Under the pieces are notes generated by a model. The model saw only the letters and a program-made list of their open reading frames with translations, ran no database searches and was not told the origin of the DNA. A stretch of DNA of 63,960 nt, filler included, from Asterionella formosa (taxonomy: Eukaryota): assembly GCA_002256025.1 (NCBI GenBank). It is 4 parts of 4 records of this genome, joined end to end, with 100 filler letters (N's around TTAATTAATTAA, not from the genome) between each part and the next. Parts side by side here need not be neighbours in the genome. Positions count along the whole stretch, not along the records: positions 20,932 to 41,732 come from NKIB01003241.1; positions 41,833 to 43,112 come from NKIB01003250.1; positions 43,213 to 63,960 come from NKIB01003251.1; 1 more part is not named here. One strand, 5' to 3'. The stretch's first letter is position 1, and each line of letters begins with the position of its first letter. Shown here in pieces: positions 35,515-47,600 of this stretch. Position numbers and translations under genes: made by a program.

Positions 35515-37050
35515 ATGAGTCAGACAAATCCAGAACACCATGCCAACATGACTCGCTCCTTCATGAGATTTTCAACGAGATTAAAAAGCCCACAAGCCAA
35601 TCAAACAGATCATGACAATGGCGACGGCAACGACGACATCCTCCTCGTGCGCAATGAAAATCCCGACAACAAGGACGAGAATGATTCGACGATAGCGCAA
35701 AGCTCTCTGCCAGTAGTTCCGTCTTTAGAGCAAGCTCCACAGCACTCGTTGCATACGATGCATTCAACGCGGTCGATACGATCTCCCCTCGGCACTCTCA
35801 TTCAGAAGATTGGTAAATCATTGTCCACCGTATTGTTCGGTAAAGTGGAGCCGTTGGTGCCTCCGGAGCGGAAAGTACGAGGGGGTGTGTTGCTGTATGG
35901 TTGCGCAACGGTAAGAGAGCATTGGGAGAAACATGACATGCTGGTGGATGGACTCTCAGAATTAAAGGGTTGCGAAGGTTTGCTAGCTGCTGGATTGGAA
36001 TCTCGATTAGTTCCGTGTGACAAGCACAGAGGGATTGAAGAAGAGGAGAAGAAAGATGGAATGATTTATGCAGCTGAAAACCCCTATTCGAATCAATCTG
36101 AAACTACTGCCATTTCTCAATCAGACGACCTTCATTTGTTTTGTGAAGAATGTCGGACGAAACTCTTTCACATTGCAACGAACACACCAGTCACAGCGGA
36201 AAATCGGAAGCAGTTTATTGCCGATGGATGCATGTACGATGAAATTTCCAGATGCTGTCAGGACATTGCTCACGATAGAATGATATTCGCCGGTGATTTG
36301 GAGTGGATCGACATTGGTCATGTTGACGAGAATAATGAAGCAATATGTGCTCTAGTCTCGAAAGACTTTAAGGAACATCCGACTAAACCTACACTCCTTA
36401 TAGTCACTGGAAAAGGTAAGGTGAGAGCTGGTATCTTTTCGCGTCAACACATTTTGACAACTGGATTGGAGCCAAGTTGTGCGATCTATCAAGTCATTGA
36501 AGCAAGGAAACGGGGATGGACTGTGGTAGTGCTAGATCCCAATGCAAGAGGTGAACGGATGGCCATGATAACACTTGAGCAATCCATGGCGAGCTTATTT
36601 AGCTTTATTGAACGAAGAGACCCTGCCCCTTGTGAGATGCCACTGTACATTCAGGCCCATTCGGCGTCCGGCTCATACGTTGTTCGCTATTTGATGGACA
36701 AGGGTCAATTTTACTTGAATCAAATTCGAGGAGTTGTCTTTACTGACTCCACGCACAATATTCAGTGGTGCCGTACTCAGAATCAGCCCGACCTTCACAC
36801 ATTCTTAGAGTCACCAAAATGTATGTACTTTCGATCGTCAAACCCAGCACGAGACTTTGATTGGAGAAAGCATACTGCAGGCGAAGCTTGCAACTCTTTT
36901 GATGAGTATTGGGAACGTCGCTTTGGAAAGATTCAAACCTACTGGGCTGGCACTACAGAGCATTCATTAAGCGATTGGCATGCTCGGCACTTTATATGGC
37001 GCCACTTTGATAGCCGTAGCGAAGATTACGAGAACTTTGAAAATGAATAA
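35515..37050 (+). CDS. Arb2-domain / FAM172A (ARB2A)-like protein
   Basis: LLIVTGKGKVRAGIFSR, VVVLDPN, AHSASG, FTDSTH and AGTTEH parallel FAM172 family motifs. First ATG at 35515. Confidence 0.75.
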   Translation: MSQTNPEHHANMTRSFMRFSTRLKSPQANQTDHDNGDGNDDILLVRNENPDNKDENDSTIAQSSLPVVPSLEQAPQHSLHTMHSTRSIRSPLGTLIQKIGKSLSTVLFGKVEPLVPPERKVRGGVLLYGCATVREHWEKHDMLVDGLSELKGCEGLLAAGLESRLVPCDKHRGIEEEEKKDGMIYAAENPYSNQSETTAISQSDDLHLFCEECRTKLFHIATNTPVTAENRKQFIADGCMYDEISRCCQDIAHDRMIFAGDLEWIDIGHVDENNEAICALVSKDFKEHPTKPTLLIVTGKGKVRAGIFSRQHILTTGLEPSCAIYQVIEARKRGWTVVVLDPNARGERMAMITLEQSMASLFSFIERRDPAPCEMPLYIQAHSASGSYVVRYLMDKGQFYLNQIRGVVFTDSTHNIQWCRTQNQPDLHTFLESPKCMYFRSSNPARDFDWRKHTAGEACNSFDEYWERRFGKIQTYWAGTTEHSLSDWHARHFIWRHFDSRSEDYENFENE

Positions 37051-37354
37051 CTCTTTATAGTCTGTATATTTTGACCGAAGCCGAATCACTGTATGCGACT
37101 ACTTTTGGTGACGTTAGAGTAGCCACGCAAGTAGAAACAAAAAGATAGTTAGATTTCTCCGATTATTGGGTGGTGCATGAGGCAGTTATTGCCATTTTTG
37201 AATCAAGCTTGTTTCAGCACCACTTCAGCTTACTGTCTCGCTAGACAATGCTAAGGGCATCAGCTGAAATTCATCTTTTTAATGTAAGAAGGACAAGCCA
37301 AGTACGAGGGATAAACCAAAGGAAACCTGCATCGCCCCACTTGGTCGTTCTGGA

Positions 37355-38602
37355 TCACACGCGAGGCGGGTTCCAAAGAGAAAAGTCAGCATCCACTTGA
37401 GGTAACGGCTGATCCCGATTTCTTGGGAGCTCGTGCGGCTCGTCGACAGACTGGAAGTGCTGATTATAATTTAGTGAGAAAGGGAAAGGATAATTTGAAT
37501 TAGAGTTCTGATGATCAATGTTCCCCTCGTGACCAAACCCTTGATTGTGCACTTGCTGTGTGCGATGGTAAGGTGGGTGGAATTCGTTGGCTAATCGATA
37601 GTGATTGTGATGTGCGTTTGGAGACACCGAAGGATTGGTGTGAAGTATCTTGGCAGTATCTCCTTCAGCATTTGAACACTTCCTATCATTCTGTTTGTTA
37701 GTTGGATCGGGGTGGAAGTGAGTGTAGTTAGTGTAGTTTGCAGATGTTTGGGAATGAATGGGGCTTTCCATAGAATCTGCTACATGAGAAGACTGATGAT
37801 TCAACGCAGTGGATGTTTCAGGTATTTTACCAAGCACATTGAGGCCAGCCAAATTTGGAACTTCGTGATGATTGCCTTGGTAGTCGCTATTTGAGGAATT
37901 GTCCTGACTGTCGCTGTCAACCTGCTCTCCTCGCATTTTGCATAAATGTTCAGTCATATTAACAAATAATGCCAAGACGTAACACATGCCTTTGCCAAGC
38001 GTGGACACCTTCTCTTCTTCAGAAAGACTGGGAAATGTGATAGGCGTGCCGTTGAACTGATGCAGGTAGTTGCTTTCTTCATAGGCAACTTCACATTCCT
38101 CCTGACTCATCCATTTCTTCGCAGTAGCAGGGTCGGAGGCACACTTCGTTTCCATCATGATAGAAAAGCTAATGAATGCTGCAAGATCACCAGGAACCGG
38201 CAAAGTCGAGCTCATCATGTCGAGTATGAACTCCGGGTTGGCCGCAAACCTGCTGCCTTTACTAGATTCTGTCTTTTCGGACAAACTGAGAGCCTTTGTC
38301 ATCCAGTTATCGTACCCAGACATGAACTCATCCTTGCCCTTACCACGGTTCAATCTGTACTTTTGCAGATGCGACTTGACTCGCTCACTCGTTATAGAGC
38401 TGGGTCTGCTTTGCATGTTTTCCAAAATGATGGCTGGCGACGCGTGCTTCATGCCAACGTCGTAAACAGCGGAAACAAAAGATCTGTGAGTCGTCTCGTC
38501 CCAAGATGGTCCTGAACCTGTTCTCGAAGCCTTGTCGGTGCCTTCCGTTCCGTCAGGGCCTCCATGTGGGCGCTTCTTCGCCTCGCTGGGGCCACTGTTC
38601 AT
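37355..38602 (-). CDS. Myb-like (SHAQKYF/GARP class) transcription factor
   Basis: WDETTHRSFVSAVYDVG...ASPAIILENM...ITSERVKSHLQKYR, followed by a His/Asn/Gln-rich C-terminus. First ATG at 38602. Confidence 0.85.
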   Translation of the reverse strand: MNSGPSEAKKRPHGGPDGTEGTDKASRTGSGPSWDETTHRSFVSAVYDVGMKHASPAIILENMQSRPSSITSERVKSHLQKYRLNRGKGKDEFMSGYDNWMTKALSLSEKTESSKGSRFAANPEFILDMMSSTLPVPGDLAAFISFSIMMETKCASDPATAKKWMSQEECEVAYEESNYLHQFNGTPITFPSLSEEEKVSTLGKGMCYVLALFVNMTEHLCKMRGEQVDSDSQDNSSNSDYQGNHHEVPNLAGLNVLGKIPETSTALNHQSSHVADSMESPIHSQTSANYTNYTHFHPDPTNKQNDRKCSNAEGDTAKILHTNPSVSPNAHHNHYRLANEFHPPYHRTQQVHNQGFGHEGNIDHQNSNSNYPFPFSLNYNQHFQSVDEPHELPRNRDQPLPQVDADFSLWNPPRV

Positions 38603-39749
38603 GCCTTGAATTGGAGTGTACTGGTATTTCTCGTTGTCACTTACACGAGATTCTGACCTTCTCAAGCCTGCTTTCGACTTTAATGCTTCGCAACGTTGAT
38701 GATCCACGATAAAGTTTCGATTGATGATCTGTGGACTTGTGCTGCCAAACTGGGCAACAATCCGGTCAGGAACGGGTTCTTGAAGAGTTAATTAATTAAA
38801 TTCCCGGTACGCAACGTCACCCATAAATATTGACATAAATATACATGGGCCAAAAAGGCCCTCAAGAGAGGAATCTCCATTGTTCGCTCCTCGGTAGGTG
38901 GCGCATCTGACAAAGCGGTACTGGGACCGTCCGCACAGATCCAGCAGCCTGTGACTAGGAGTTAGTGAACCTGGTCCCAGGTACCTGGTATAAAAACATA
39001 AAATTAGTTGATAGCTGGTACCAGGGTATATGTCTTTAGGTAAACAGAATTACGTAAAAAGTTCACTCAACATATGATGTAGATATAAATCGAGTTCTGA
39101 CACACGTAACATAACCCTAACCAGATAGAATTCGAAATAGTTACGTGGGATCGTTGCAAGTAGTCAGGTACCAGGTACCTGGTACCCTGATGTAATCCTA
39201 CTCTACCTACTGCTGTGATTCATGTGCGTAGTATTATTTTACTACCGGGAATACAGTCTCTTTCTAGGCGCCTTTATCCAAAATCCAAAATCACGCACAC
39301 AAAATGCTTACCTTCAAGTCATTAGATTGAGAAAGTTCGTAAATTGGCTGCTCTGAGCAATCCAGCAATGATTAAAGAAAAGGAAACAGTAAAATCCTAT
39401 TTAAATTGACAAAACCATGGTGAATTTTTTGATCTCAAGTAGTAATAATGAACATGATGATTGGCAAGCTGTGAACTGTGGAGTAAATTGCATCTTGCTG
39501 GTATGTGCGTTTGTGCTAGGTTTTACTGATTACAATTTGTCTGCAACAAAAAGAAAACATCTTATTTGTGTGATGCATCATCTCATGATGACAATCATAT
39601 GATCATATAATTTCAACATATATATATATATGTATTATAATTATTGTCATAAAGAATATTGTTAAGTATAAATAAATACATACATGCATTTATGTAATGT
39701 TTAACATCACACTACAACAATCAGCAATCGCTCAATCGATTGAAATCCA

Positions 39750-40400
39750 TTACAAGCTTGTAATCGATGTCCAAGGCACATCAATGCACATGAGACTTCA
39801 TCTTCTTTACATGGTGTTCGATTGCCGCTGGACCATGTTGATGGCACTGCTGCTATAGGGCTGGATTGAATTGGCCAGAGTCAGCAACAATGGAATGACA
39901 TGATCATGGTAAGCAAACATCATGTTCTGATGAGCTTGTCTACAAAAATTTCGTTCCTCTGATAGATATGATCTATCACTTGCCCTTGCCCCCTTCATTT
40001 CTCCTTCATTGAAAGGTTGCGCTCGCTCAGTATTCCCCTTTGGCAAAGGCGTTACACATAAATGCAACTCCCTCTCTGCAACCAATTTCTGCATGGCACC
40101 TCTGTGTAAATATGACCTCAAGGCAACTAACTCAAAGCTTGGTCCCAGCCAATGTGCTTATCATTCCTTTGTTCTCTTTCGATAAGTCAGTACTACACAT
40201 TGACATGATGTGTCTCAATCTTGAATAATGGTTGACGATTTCAAGTGCATCTTGCCATCCATTTAAAGTGGTACAGTAAGGTAAGGTCTTGCCATCAATC
40301 AACTCTCTTCCCCACAATAGTTGCATTAACCCCTTTGCCTTGCCTTCCCAGCCTTCCTTGACTTAGCTATATTCCTTGTCTTGTAGTTTCAATTTTATAC
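39750..40400 (-). mobile_element. Degenerate Tc1/IS630-like DDE transposase fragment
   Basis: Frameshifted minus-strand segments EGWEGKAKGLMQLLWGRELID, VIFTQRCHAEI..EG and CALDIDY resemble the KG..QVL.ERG / TPK.H.E...IEYSW / HRCALD pattern. Confidence 0.55.
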
Positions 40401-41000
40401 TACGAATAAATATACTGAAGCTTGCATTTATTTTTACCTTTGGCGTTAGTTCCTCTTGAAGCAAGGTCAGCAATCAATTCCGACCAAGTTTGAGATTTTT
40501 TCACTGCTAGGGAAATCATGTTAGTATGAATGTCGCTCACCAGGAGTCATCCAGAATGGACCAATTTAAACAGGCTGGACTAGAAGATGTTGTGTTTGTC
40601 CCAGCAACTTGCAGTTTTGGGGGTCATAGATTCCGAGAAATCAAGGTCCCTGTTCAAGGATGGTTGAGTGTATCATTGAATTCTTGTTACCAAATTAGCG
40701 AATTCAATCCATCAGGTTGCTGCTTGGAATGCCCAGATGACTTATCAAATAGGTAAACAAATTTTTAAGTTGGAGACATTGTTTAAAATATCAATTTTGT
40801 CTTCGAATTGACAGATCATATGATTGTAGTTCCAGTGTCTCGAAAGTGTCAGCAGGATATGCATTCTACCATTTAAAGATTTCATTGTTATCACCATAAT
40901 TAAATCCAGTCTTGACATCTAAAGCAAGCAACCTTGTGATTCTATAAATTTAGATTGTTCTGTGTTAAAAGTGTTTTATTTTCAAGCGGGGCTTTCTTTC

Positions 41001-41732
41001 GTCTGCAAATAAAAAGTATCATGCATATAGGATCAAGGGTATCGTACGCTAAGTGGCACAGGATTTTCGTACATATGATAATTTTTGGATCAAAAATATG
41101 ATCAAGGTATCTTGTAACTATGATGATTTATTAATATTTTACCGACCTTGAAGTATAATGATAATAAGAACATTATCATCACACAATGTATATAAACTGA
41201 TCAACAACATTTCCCATCAATATCATAAACCTTCTCATATTATTTTCACTTCTCGTGATCGCCCGATGTAAATTATAACTACAACGTATCCTAAAACCAG
41301 CTCAACTCTATGCTATCATGTGAATTGTTTCATCGTAAATCTATCATAAACATGATCATAATTCTAATCACAAGGATTGTTCAAAATAGATTGAAATGGA
41401 TCGTAATTTAACTATCAAAATAAGCAATGCTATCTATTAATCTACATGCCAGTGACCCAACGTTTCTCTCTCTACTTGGCTCAATGTATATTGTTCCTGT
41501 CTCGCCCTTTTCTTCCTCTTTTCTGCATCTTGTGCAAAGCAATGCCTTACTAATGTTTCGTCTCTCTCCCTGCTGTTAGTGTCATTGTGAACTCGCCGGC
41601 TATTCCGTTTGATCGGTTTTATTTTCCTATGCATGCAGTTACAGTAACAATGAGAAGGAATGATTTGTTAGCTAGTCATGTTACATTGACACAAGAACAC
41701 GCAATTCCATCGTATCCTCTTGCTTCACTTAC
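41001..41732 (-). repeat. Inverted second copy of 28202-28939 (end of the TIR element), truncated by a contig gap
   Basis: Reverse complement aligns colinearly with scattered substitutions. It starts exactly at GTCTGCAAAT. Confidence 0.92.
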
Positions 41733-41983
41733 NNNNNNNNNNNNNNNNNNNNNNNNNNNNNNNNNNNNNNNNNNNNTTAATTAATTAANNNNNNNNNNNN
41801 NNNNNNNNNNNNNNNNNNNNNNNNNNNNNNNNAGTTGGTAGATGCTACGTATCTGTAGCTCTCACGCAGTAAAAATTGCTAGAAAAATGTTTCTACACAA
41901 TTTGTTTGTTTTACTTTGTTTGCTAATAATTGTTTTTATAAAAGAGAGAGCTTAATGTAAATGTAAATTTGAATGTATGATTT

Positions 41984-42489
41984 TGAAACTTCCAAGCTCA
42001 TGCATGTTTCAAAATAGAGGTGATCTTCGGAGGCGAGGTTCATTTGTGTTCCCAACTTGAACTGAGAATAAACTACATCCTCTTCCTAAATACACATTTG
42101 TCTTAATCTTGACCTGTCTCAACTTAGGTCAGATGCTGTTTGATCGAAGACTGCTTACAGAATGATCCTGTTAATCATAACTAGATCATATCTAGTTTGC
42201 TTCTTTAATGTTCCTTGATGTTGCGGACATATCTGTAATTGTCTAGTCAATCATTTATTGATTTGGCTTCTAGGTCTGATCGTCTTCTAGAGTCCAATTA
42301 ACAGGTTAGAGAGAACTTCTCCTGAAAGTTCCTCTCTCGACTGTGGCATTTTACACGCGATATTTAACCATTTGATCTTGAATCAATCATCTAGTGGATT
42401 GTGGTACATGTTCCTAATCAGGTCACTAGAGGCGAAAATATATTGACACTCATAACCTGATCAGGAATCAGGAATCTCTATGTGTTTCA
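41984..42489 (-). mobile_element. 3' LTR of the Copia element (about 506 bp)
   Basis: Follows the polypurine tract GAGAGGGAGAG (42501-42491, minus). Begins TGAAAC and ends GTTTCA. Confidence 0.7.
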
Positions 42490-42516
42490 ACTCTCCCTCT
42501 CAGCAAAAGCATGTTG

Positions 42517-43112
42517 CTACCATCCACATAGTAATTTGCGTATTGCTGTAAATTTCTCTGCTACTAAACCCTTTGTGAAAATGTCCCCAAGTTGTTTTGT
42601 AGTTTCAATCTTTAAGATTTCAATATCACCTGATGACACATACTCTCTAAACCAATGATATGCCACTGCAATATGTTTTGTACGCGGCGTCATTTTCGGC
42701 ATCGTTGCTTGAGACAAACATGCACTATTGTCTTCGTATATCTTTGAATGTGACCGTACTATGAACCGCTCAGTAATCTCTAGAGCTTCAGATGCCTCCT
42801 TGCAAATCTGTCTTAATGGAATAAGATCCCGACAACTTGCTGACAAGGCCTGGTACTCAGCTTCCATAGTAGATAGGGCTATAGTGGTCTGTAGTTTGGA
42901 TACCCATAGTAGAGGACATCCAGCTAACGTTATGACATACCCTGTCCTTGATTTAGCACAAACTGGATCATGTGAATCTTCACTACCATATAATCCTGCA
43001 AAGTCTGAATCCACATAGCAATCAATTGCGAATTCCTTGGATGGTGTAAATACGATCCCTTCGGTTGCTGTTCCTTTTAGATACCGACAAATTTTCTTAA
43101 TTGCCCCTTCAT
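42517..43112 (-). mobile_element. Ty1/Copia pol C-terminus (end of RT plus RNase H), truncated by gap
   Basis: Uninterrupted frame: KKICRYLKGT, YVDSDFAG, SRTGY, WVSKLQTTIALSTMEAEY, YEDNSAC, RTKHI, QLGDIFTKGL. Confidence 0.93.
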
Positions 43113-43212
43113 NNNNNNNNNNNNNNNNNNNNNNNNNNNNNNNNNNNNNNNNNNNNTTAATTAATTAANNNNNNNNNNNNNNNNNNNNNNNNNNNNNNNN
43201 NNNNNNNNNNNN

Positions 43213-44032
43213 TGAATGCTGCAACTCGATCGAAAATGGAAGTTCGTTCAAAAGCTACTTGGTCACTGCATTTTCCCGGTGCAATTACACCAAAATAAAT
43301 AAATCTTGAGTCAGCATCACAAACAGCCTGGACATTGATTCCATAAGTCATGTAGTGACCGGAAAAAAATGAACCAGGGTTGTTGCCACTTTCAACTATA
43401 GTCGGGCGGTTGATGGTGGCTAGGAAGCCGTCAATAGCACCAACACATCCTCTCATCATGCCCTCTGAGCTTTTGCATTCAAAGCTGGAAGCCAATTTGA
43501 TAAATTCTTCTTTTTCTTTTGGAAAAACAATTTCGAGTTCTCCACAGTTTAGTACAGCAGCATCAATGAACAAATCACGACATCGATAAAGTGAAGCAAT
43601 GCTACAACCGTAGGCATGACGAATGTCGATGTAACTGCCACCAGCCAGCCATCGCAAACCAATGGCTACCACAATTTCGGGAATTATGGGCTCAGAAGTG
43701 CCACATTTGGAATAATTCCCTGCAATCTAAATTTCCAGCATGGAGGTGAGTTTTTTGAATGCTCTGTGTGACATTCTGTTTGTCTTCTCGAAAGCAATCT
43801 CGTGATTGAGTTTCTTGACATGTGATTGCCAGGAGATTCTTTCGTGGTGCCACTTGTGCCTTCGTTGTCGTCGTCGTTCAGATGACTGAAGCTGCCGTTT
43901 ACAGCGTCGCCTTTGTCGTTTGGATGAGTGTTCTTTTTCCTCTGCTTCCTTAGCTAAATGACAGAGGAAGAAGAAATCAAGATCACTACTGTCATCGTCA
44001 TTATCATCAAGTAAATCAAATGGCGACGACAT
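43213..44032 (-). mobile_element. PIF/Harbinger-type (DDE_Tnp_4) transposase with in-frame stop, truncated by gap
   Basis: LRWLAGGSY, GCVGAIDG, FFSGHY..YGINVQAVCDADSRF and PGKCSD. ORFs 44032 and 43672 are in the same frame, separated by a stop at 43727-43729. Confidence 0.85.
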
Positions 44033-44363
44033 GATTCATGCAAATGTGTGTTTTTAATATTATATTTAGTTTCCCGGTAATTATATTTTATGTTGTTGCT
44101 TGATATCAAGACCATCATTATATTCTGGAGTGATATACACATGATCTTCGCCAGCCAGTTGCCGTTGAAGATCCATGTTACTCCATGATACAATGTGATC
44201 ACAAATTAGTGATACAGTGACACTTTTGGAATGAATGAAATTCAGTTCAAATCGAGTTACCGTTGCTGATACATTTTCAAAAGAATTCAAATTCCGTGAT
44301 ACACGAAAAAAAATGATAAGAACGGCCCTGAATGATTTTGCAGTATTCCGTCTAGTTACAATC

Positions 44364-44611
44364 TCCATCATCTATAGAAACCAATGTCACCTTTTTTTAC
44401 GAGAACGTGTTCTTGTGTATCATCCATCACCTATAGATACCAATGTCAACTTGTTCATACAAGAACATGTTCTTGTGTATCATCCATCACTTATAGATAC
44501 CAATTTCAACTAGTTTGTACGAGAATGTTTCTAGCCTCAAGCTCCATCACCTGTAGGTACCAATCTTTGTACGAGAACGTGTTCTTGCATTTCATCCATT
44601 GCCTATAGATA
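44364..44611. repeat. Tandem repeat, about 4 x 60 bp
   Basis: TCCATCAC.TATAGATACCAAT...GAGAAC.TGTTCTTG units start at 44364, 44423, 44483 and 44543, with a partial unit at 44595. Confidence 0.85.
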
Positions 44612-47600
44612 GCTCCTATTCCAAGGGGACTCACAAGGGATTTGATGAGAAGCGTATGTACTAGGTGTAGAGTGGTGTCAAGAGTCCATGCTAGTAGCTA
44701 GGTGTCATGTTTTAGCCTAGCATTGGCTGGTATGTCTATTCTAGAGGTACATCTATACCAAGGACTTCTGCCATCTAATGATTTAGTATATCGAACGTGG
44801 AACATACTGTTCCATAGATCAGTTTGTATGATAACAGGTGTTCAAGCGTTAGTTGTTTCCATATCAATATTATCGTCGCATCATTGGTGTTTGGTTCATG
44901 AATTGTCATGAAATAATTTTTTTTGAACATCAAAGCGACACGAGATGGAAATTTTTTTTGTGTCAAATGTGTTCCGACAGGTAACATGGAACTATTGTTA
45001 CTATGTTCGCAATTGAAGACTATGATTTGCATTGAACCGTAATCGTACGAACAAGTACAGAAAAACAATTCGTTTTTTTCTTCATGTGAATGTCGAAAAT
45101 ACATCGACACTTTCACAGATGGAAGTGGATGTACTGATTTTGGATGGTATTGATCGGGTTAAGTCTGTCATGGAAACAGGCTTCTTCGAACCCCTAACCT
45201 GCCTGAAACTAAATAAGAAACGCATTGTCGAAGCTCTGAAAAACAAAGAGGACGAGTCACCATGGAAAGAATGGTATTCTTTTCATAACTTCTTGTTCCA
45301 TATTTAAGGAATTGAAAAAAGGAAGAAGTTCCAACTTGATTTTACATTGGATGTCAAAGTTTTATTCATTCGTTATGTTCATTAGAAGGGAATGGAAGTG
45401 ATACAGGGGATTCTGCCCAACAACTTCATTAACAGCATTGAAACTGTGTCAATCGAAAAAAATTCTTTGACTTGGAAATCCCTCCAGATAATTGCTTCTC
45501 GGCTGCATTGCAAGAAGATCCAAGCATTGACATGGCAAAGTCGATTTCGTGTTGAAGGAGACAGGTACAAGCCCCCTTCTTCTGAACATCGAATTTTTTG
45601 GAAATCAATTTTTTCCAATTTCAAAGAGCATTTTCTGACATCGTTTGGGCCAAAGACAAAATAGAGTGGAGGAAACTATTTGTGGGTAACGGTATTAATA
45701 GAGCAGATATAAAGTACAAATGAAGAACTGTACTACCTTTTTTGTAAATAAATTTACGCCTATACATTCAATCATGCATCATGTGGTACATACAAAACAC
45801 TGTAATCCTATAGAATGTTCATCTTTTTAAAATTAGATTGTATCTAATCTGCAAGCCTTTATCAAACGCGTTGATAAATAGAGCGGATTTCTCATTGATA
45901 GCAACGTCACTTGAAATTCCTAAGGAAAATGACTCCCAATTGGAAGGGGAATTAACTGATGTGACTTCATGACGCTGATTGTAAGCAACTACTTCCTTGT
46001 TATTTTATGAAGTCACACGGGATTCTTCCAAATGACAGCTTGATAACTTTCACAATATTCTGAACAGAAGTTTGATTAATGAACAATGAAAATTTTTTTA
46101 AAGCAGGTTTCTCTACAGCAGGATGAAGAAACATTTCTTCATTGTCATCAGGATTTTCCTCTCTACTATGATCAATCCTAGACGAACTATTCTTGTGTAG
46201 GATCATTGCATTTGTCGATATTGTCGCCTTCGTTGGTAGACCAACAGATTCTATCAGAACAGAACCTGAGTCATCATCTCCATCAATCAGAAAATCTGGG
46301 TTAGAATTGTTGATATTTTCTGGATTAGCAACGTTGCCCTTGCCTCAAAATGTCGAAGTAACATTGACAATGTATCATCACAAGAGATATCGTGCATTGT
46401 CATCAAAGAAGATCTACTGGCTTCTTCTCGATTTTGTGAACGATCTATATGATGGGCCTGTTGGCTGCTTTTAATTGGAATAAAAATGATTCAATTGTTT
46501 TAGCTTCACTTTCGAAAATAATCGCTCTAATAAGTGCATTTGCCTAGCTAATTTTGGAGTTGACATAAGAACTCTTTTTTCCGGAGAATTGTAGACCTTA
46601 TCGAAATCATCAGATTTGGAAGGTGAGATAGAAAGATTAAAATTTGCGACTACATCCCAAAAAAACCTTTTTATGGGCTTTTTCGATTTTCACTTGTGCC
46701 TATCTTGAGCCACATGCAGCTTCATGATGTCCCTTTTTCTTCAAACAGCCTATTCTCAACATACACATGAAGTAGGATACAACAGTAGAAGAATGGACAC
46801 ATGACTTTGATTGTAGATTGCGCAACCACGAAAGTAGCAATGATGCAAAGGGAAAAAACAATGGTCTGCTTGTTTTGATGATCGGAACCATTAAATACCC
46901 AATGGTATGATGGTCGATGTAAATGTAAAACCGTACAAAGAGTATGAATCGACTGTTATTCTATCGACAGAAAAATTTTGATAGTGAATTGTGTTATTCC
47001 GTTTCCTGCACAGAATTGAATGGCCATCCGCTGTAGTAAAACAGCATGTGGTGATTTGTAGATGGATTAAATGAATATTTATTTAGTATGATAAATTGGT
47101 TTCAAATATTTTATTTAGATGCTAATAATTCAATAAGTGATTGTGAGTTTAAACTCAGATCTAAAAAACGTATATTTTCGAGTAATCCGACCCTCATGTC
47201 AAGCGATGATGGTATGTACCGGTAGTCCACTAAATCCCTCCTAAAATAAGGTGCTCGACATTGAGTGTTCCGATAATTAATGCAACTTACATTGGACAGA
47301 GGGAGTACCTGATACCACTTTTGAGGTGTGGGGACTTGGATTGTTGTAAAGTCTCCTGTTGCCTCTTCATTGTAACGACTAGCAACCACCAAGATTTATT
47401 CACTATCAATTCACACATGATATGAAACATTATACCGGTAATAGCCTTTGCTCTTAGTACCCCCTGGTACCATATCAACGACCAAGATGTACTTTGGATC
47501 AATTCACACATGCACATACCAAAAAGTCACTATGACCATTCTGTATGTAATGCATGGCTTTAGTATAGGGGTGGGACAAATGATCTTCGAAGGATGATGG

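Noticed and set aside
38788..38799. TTAATTAATTAA without flanking Ns
   Set aside because: A single low-complexity AT 12-mer. It could be chance or a linker remnant, and no function can be supported.
28202..41732. One 13.5-kb transposon with 735-bp TIRs carrying MTR4
   Set aside because: The element termini face inward at 28939 and 41001, and the left copy has its own TIR and TSD, so two separate insertions fit better.
20832..43212. TTAATTAATTAA inside three N runs
   Set aside because: The identical 100-nt layout at all three gaps indicates an assembly linker. ORFs ending there are artefactually truncated.
45830..47100. Possible MULE transposase remnant on the minus strand (DHQNKQTIVF; C..KKGH...C)
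   Set aside because: Only two short, weak motif resemblances in broken frames. Not supportable without a profile search.
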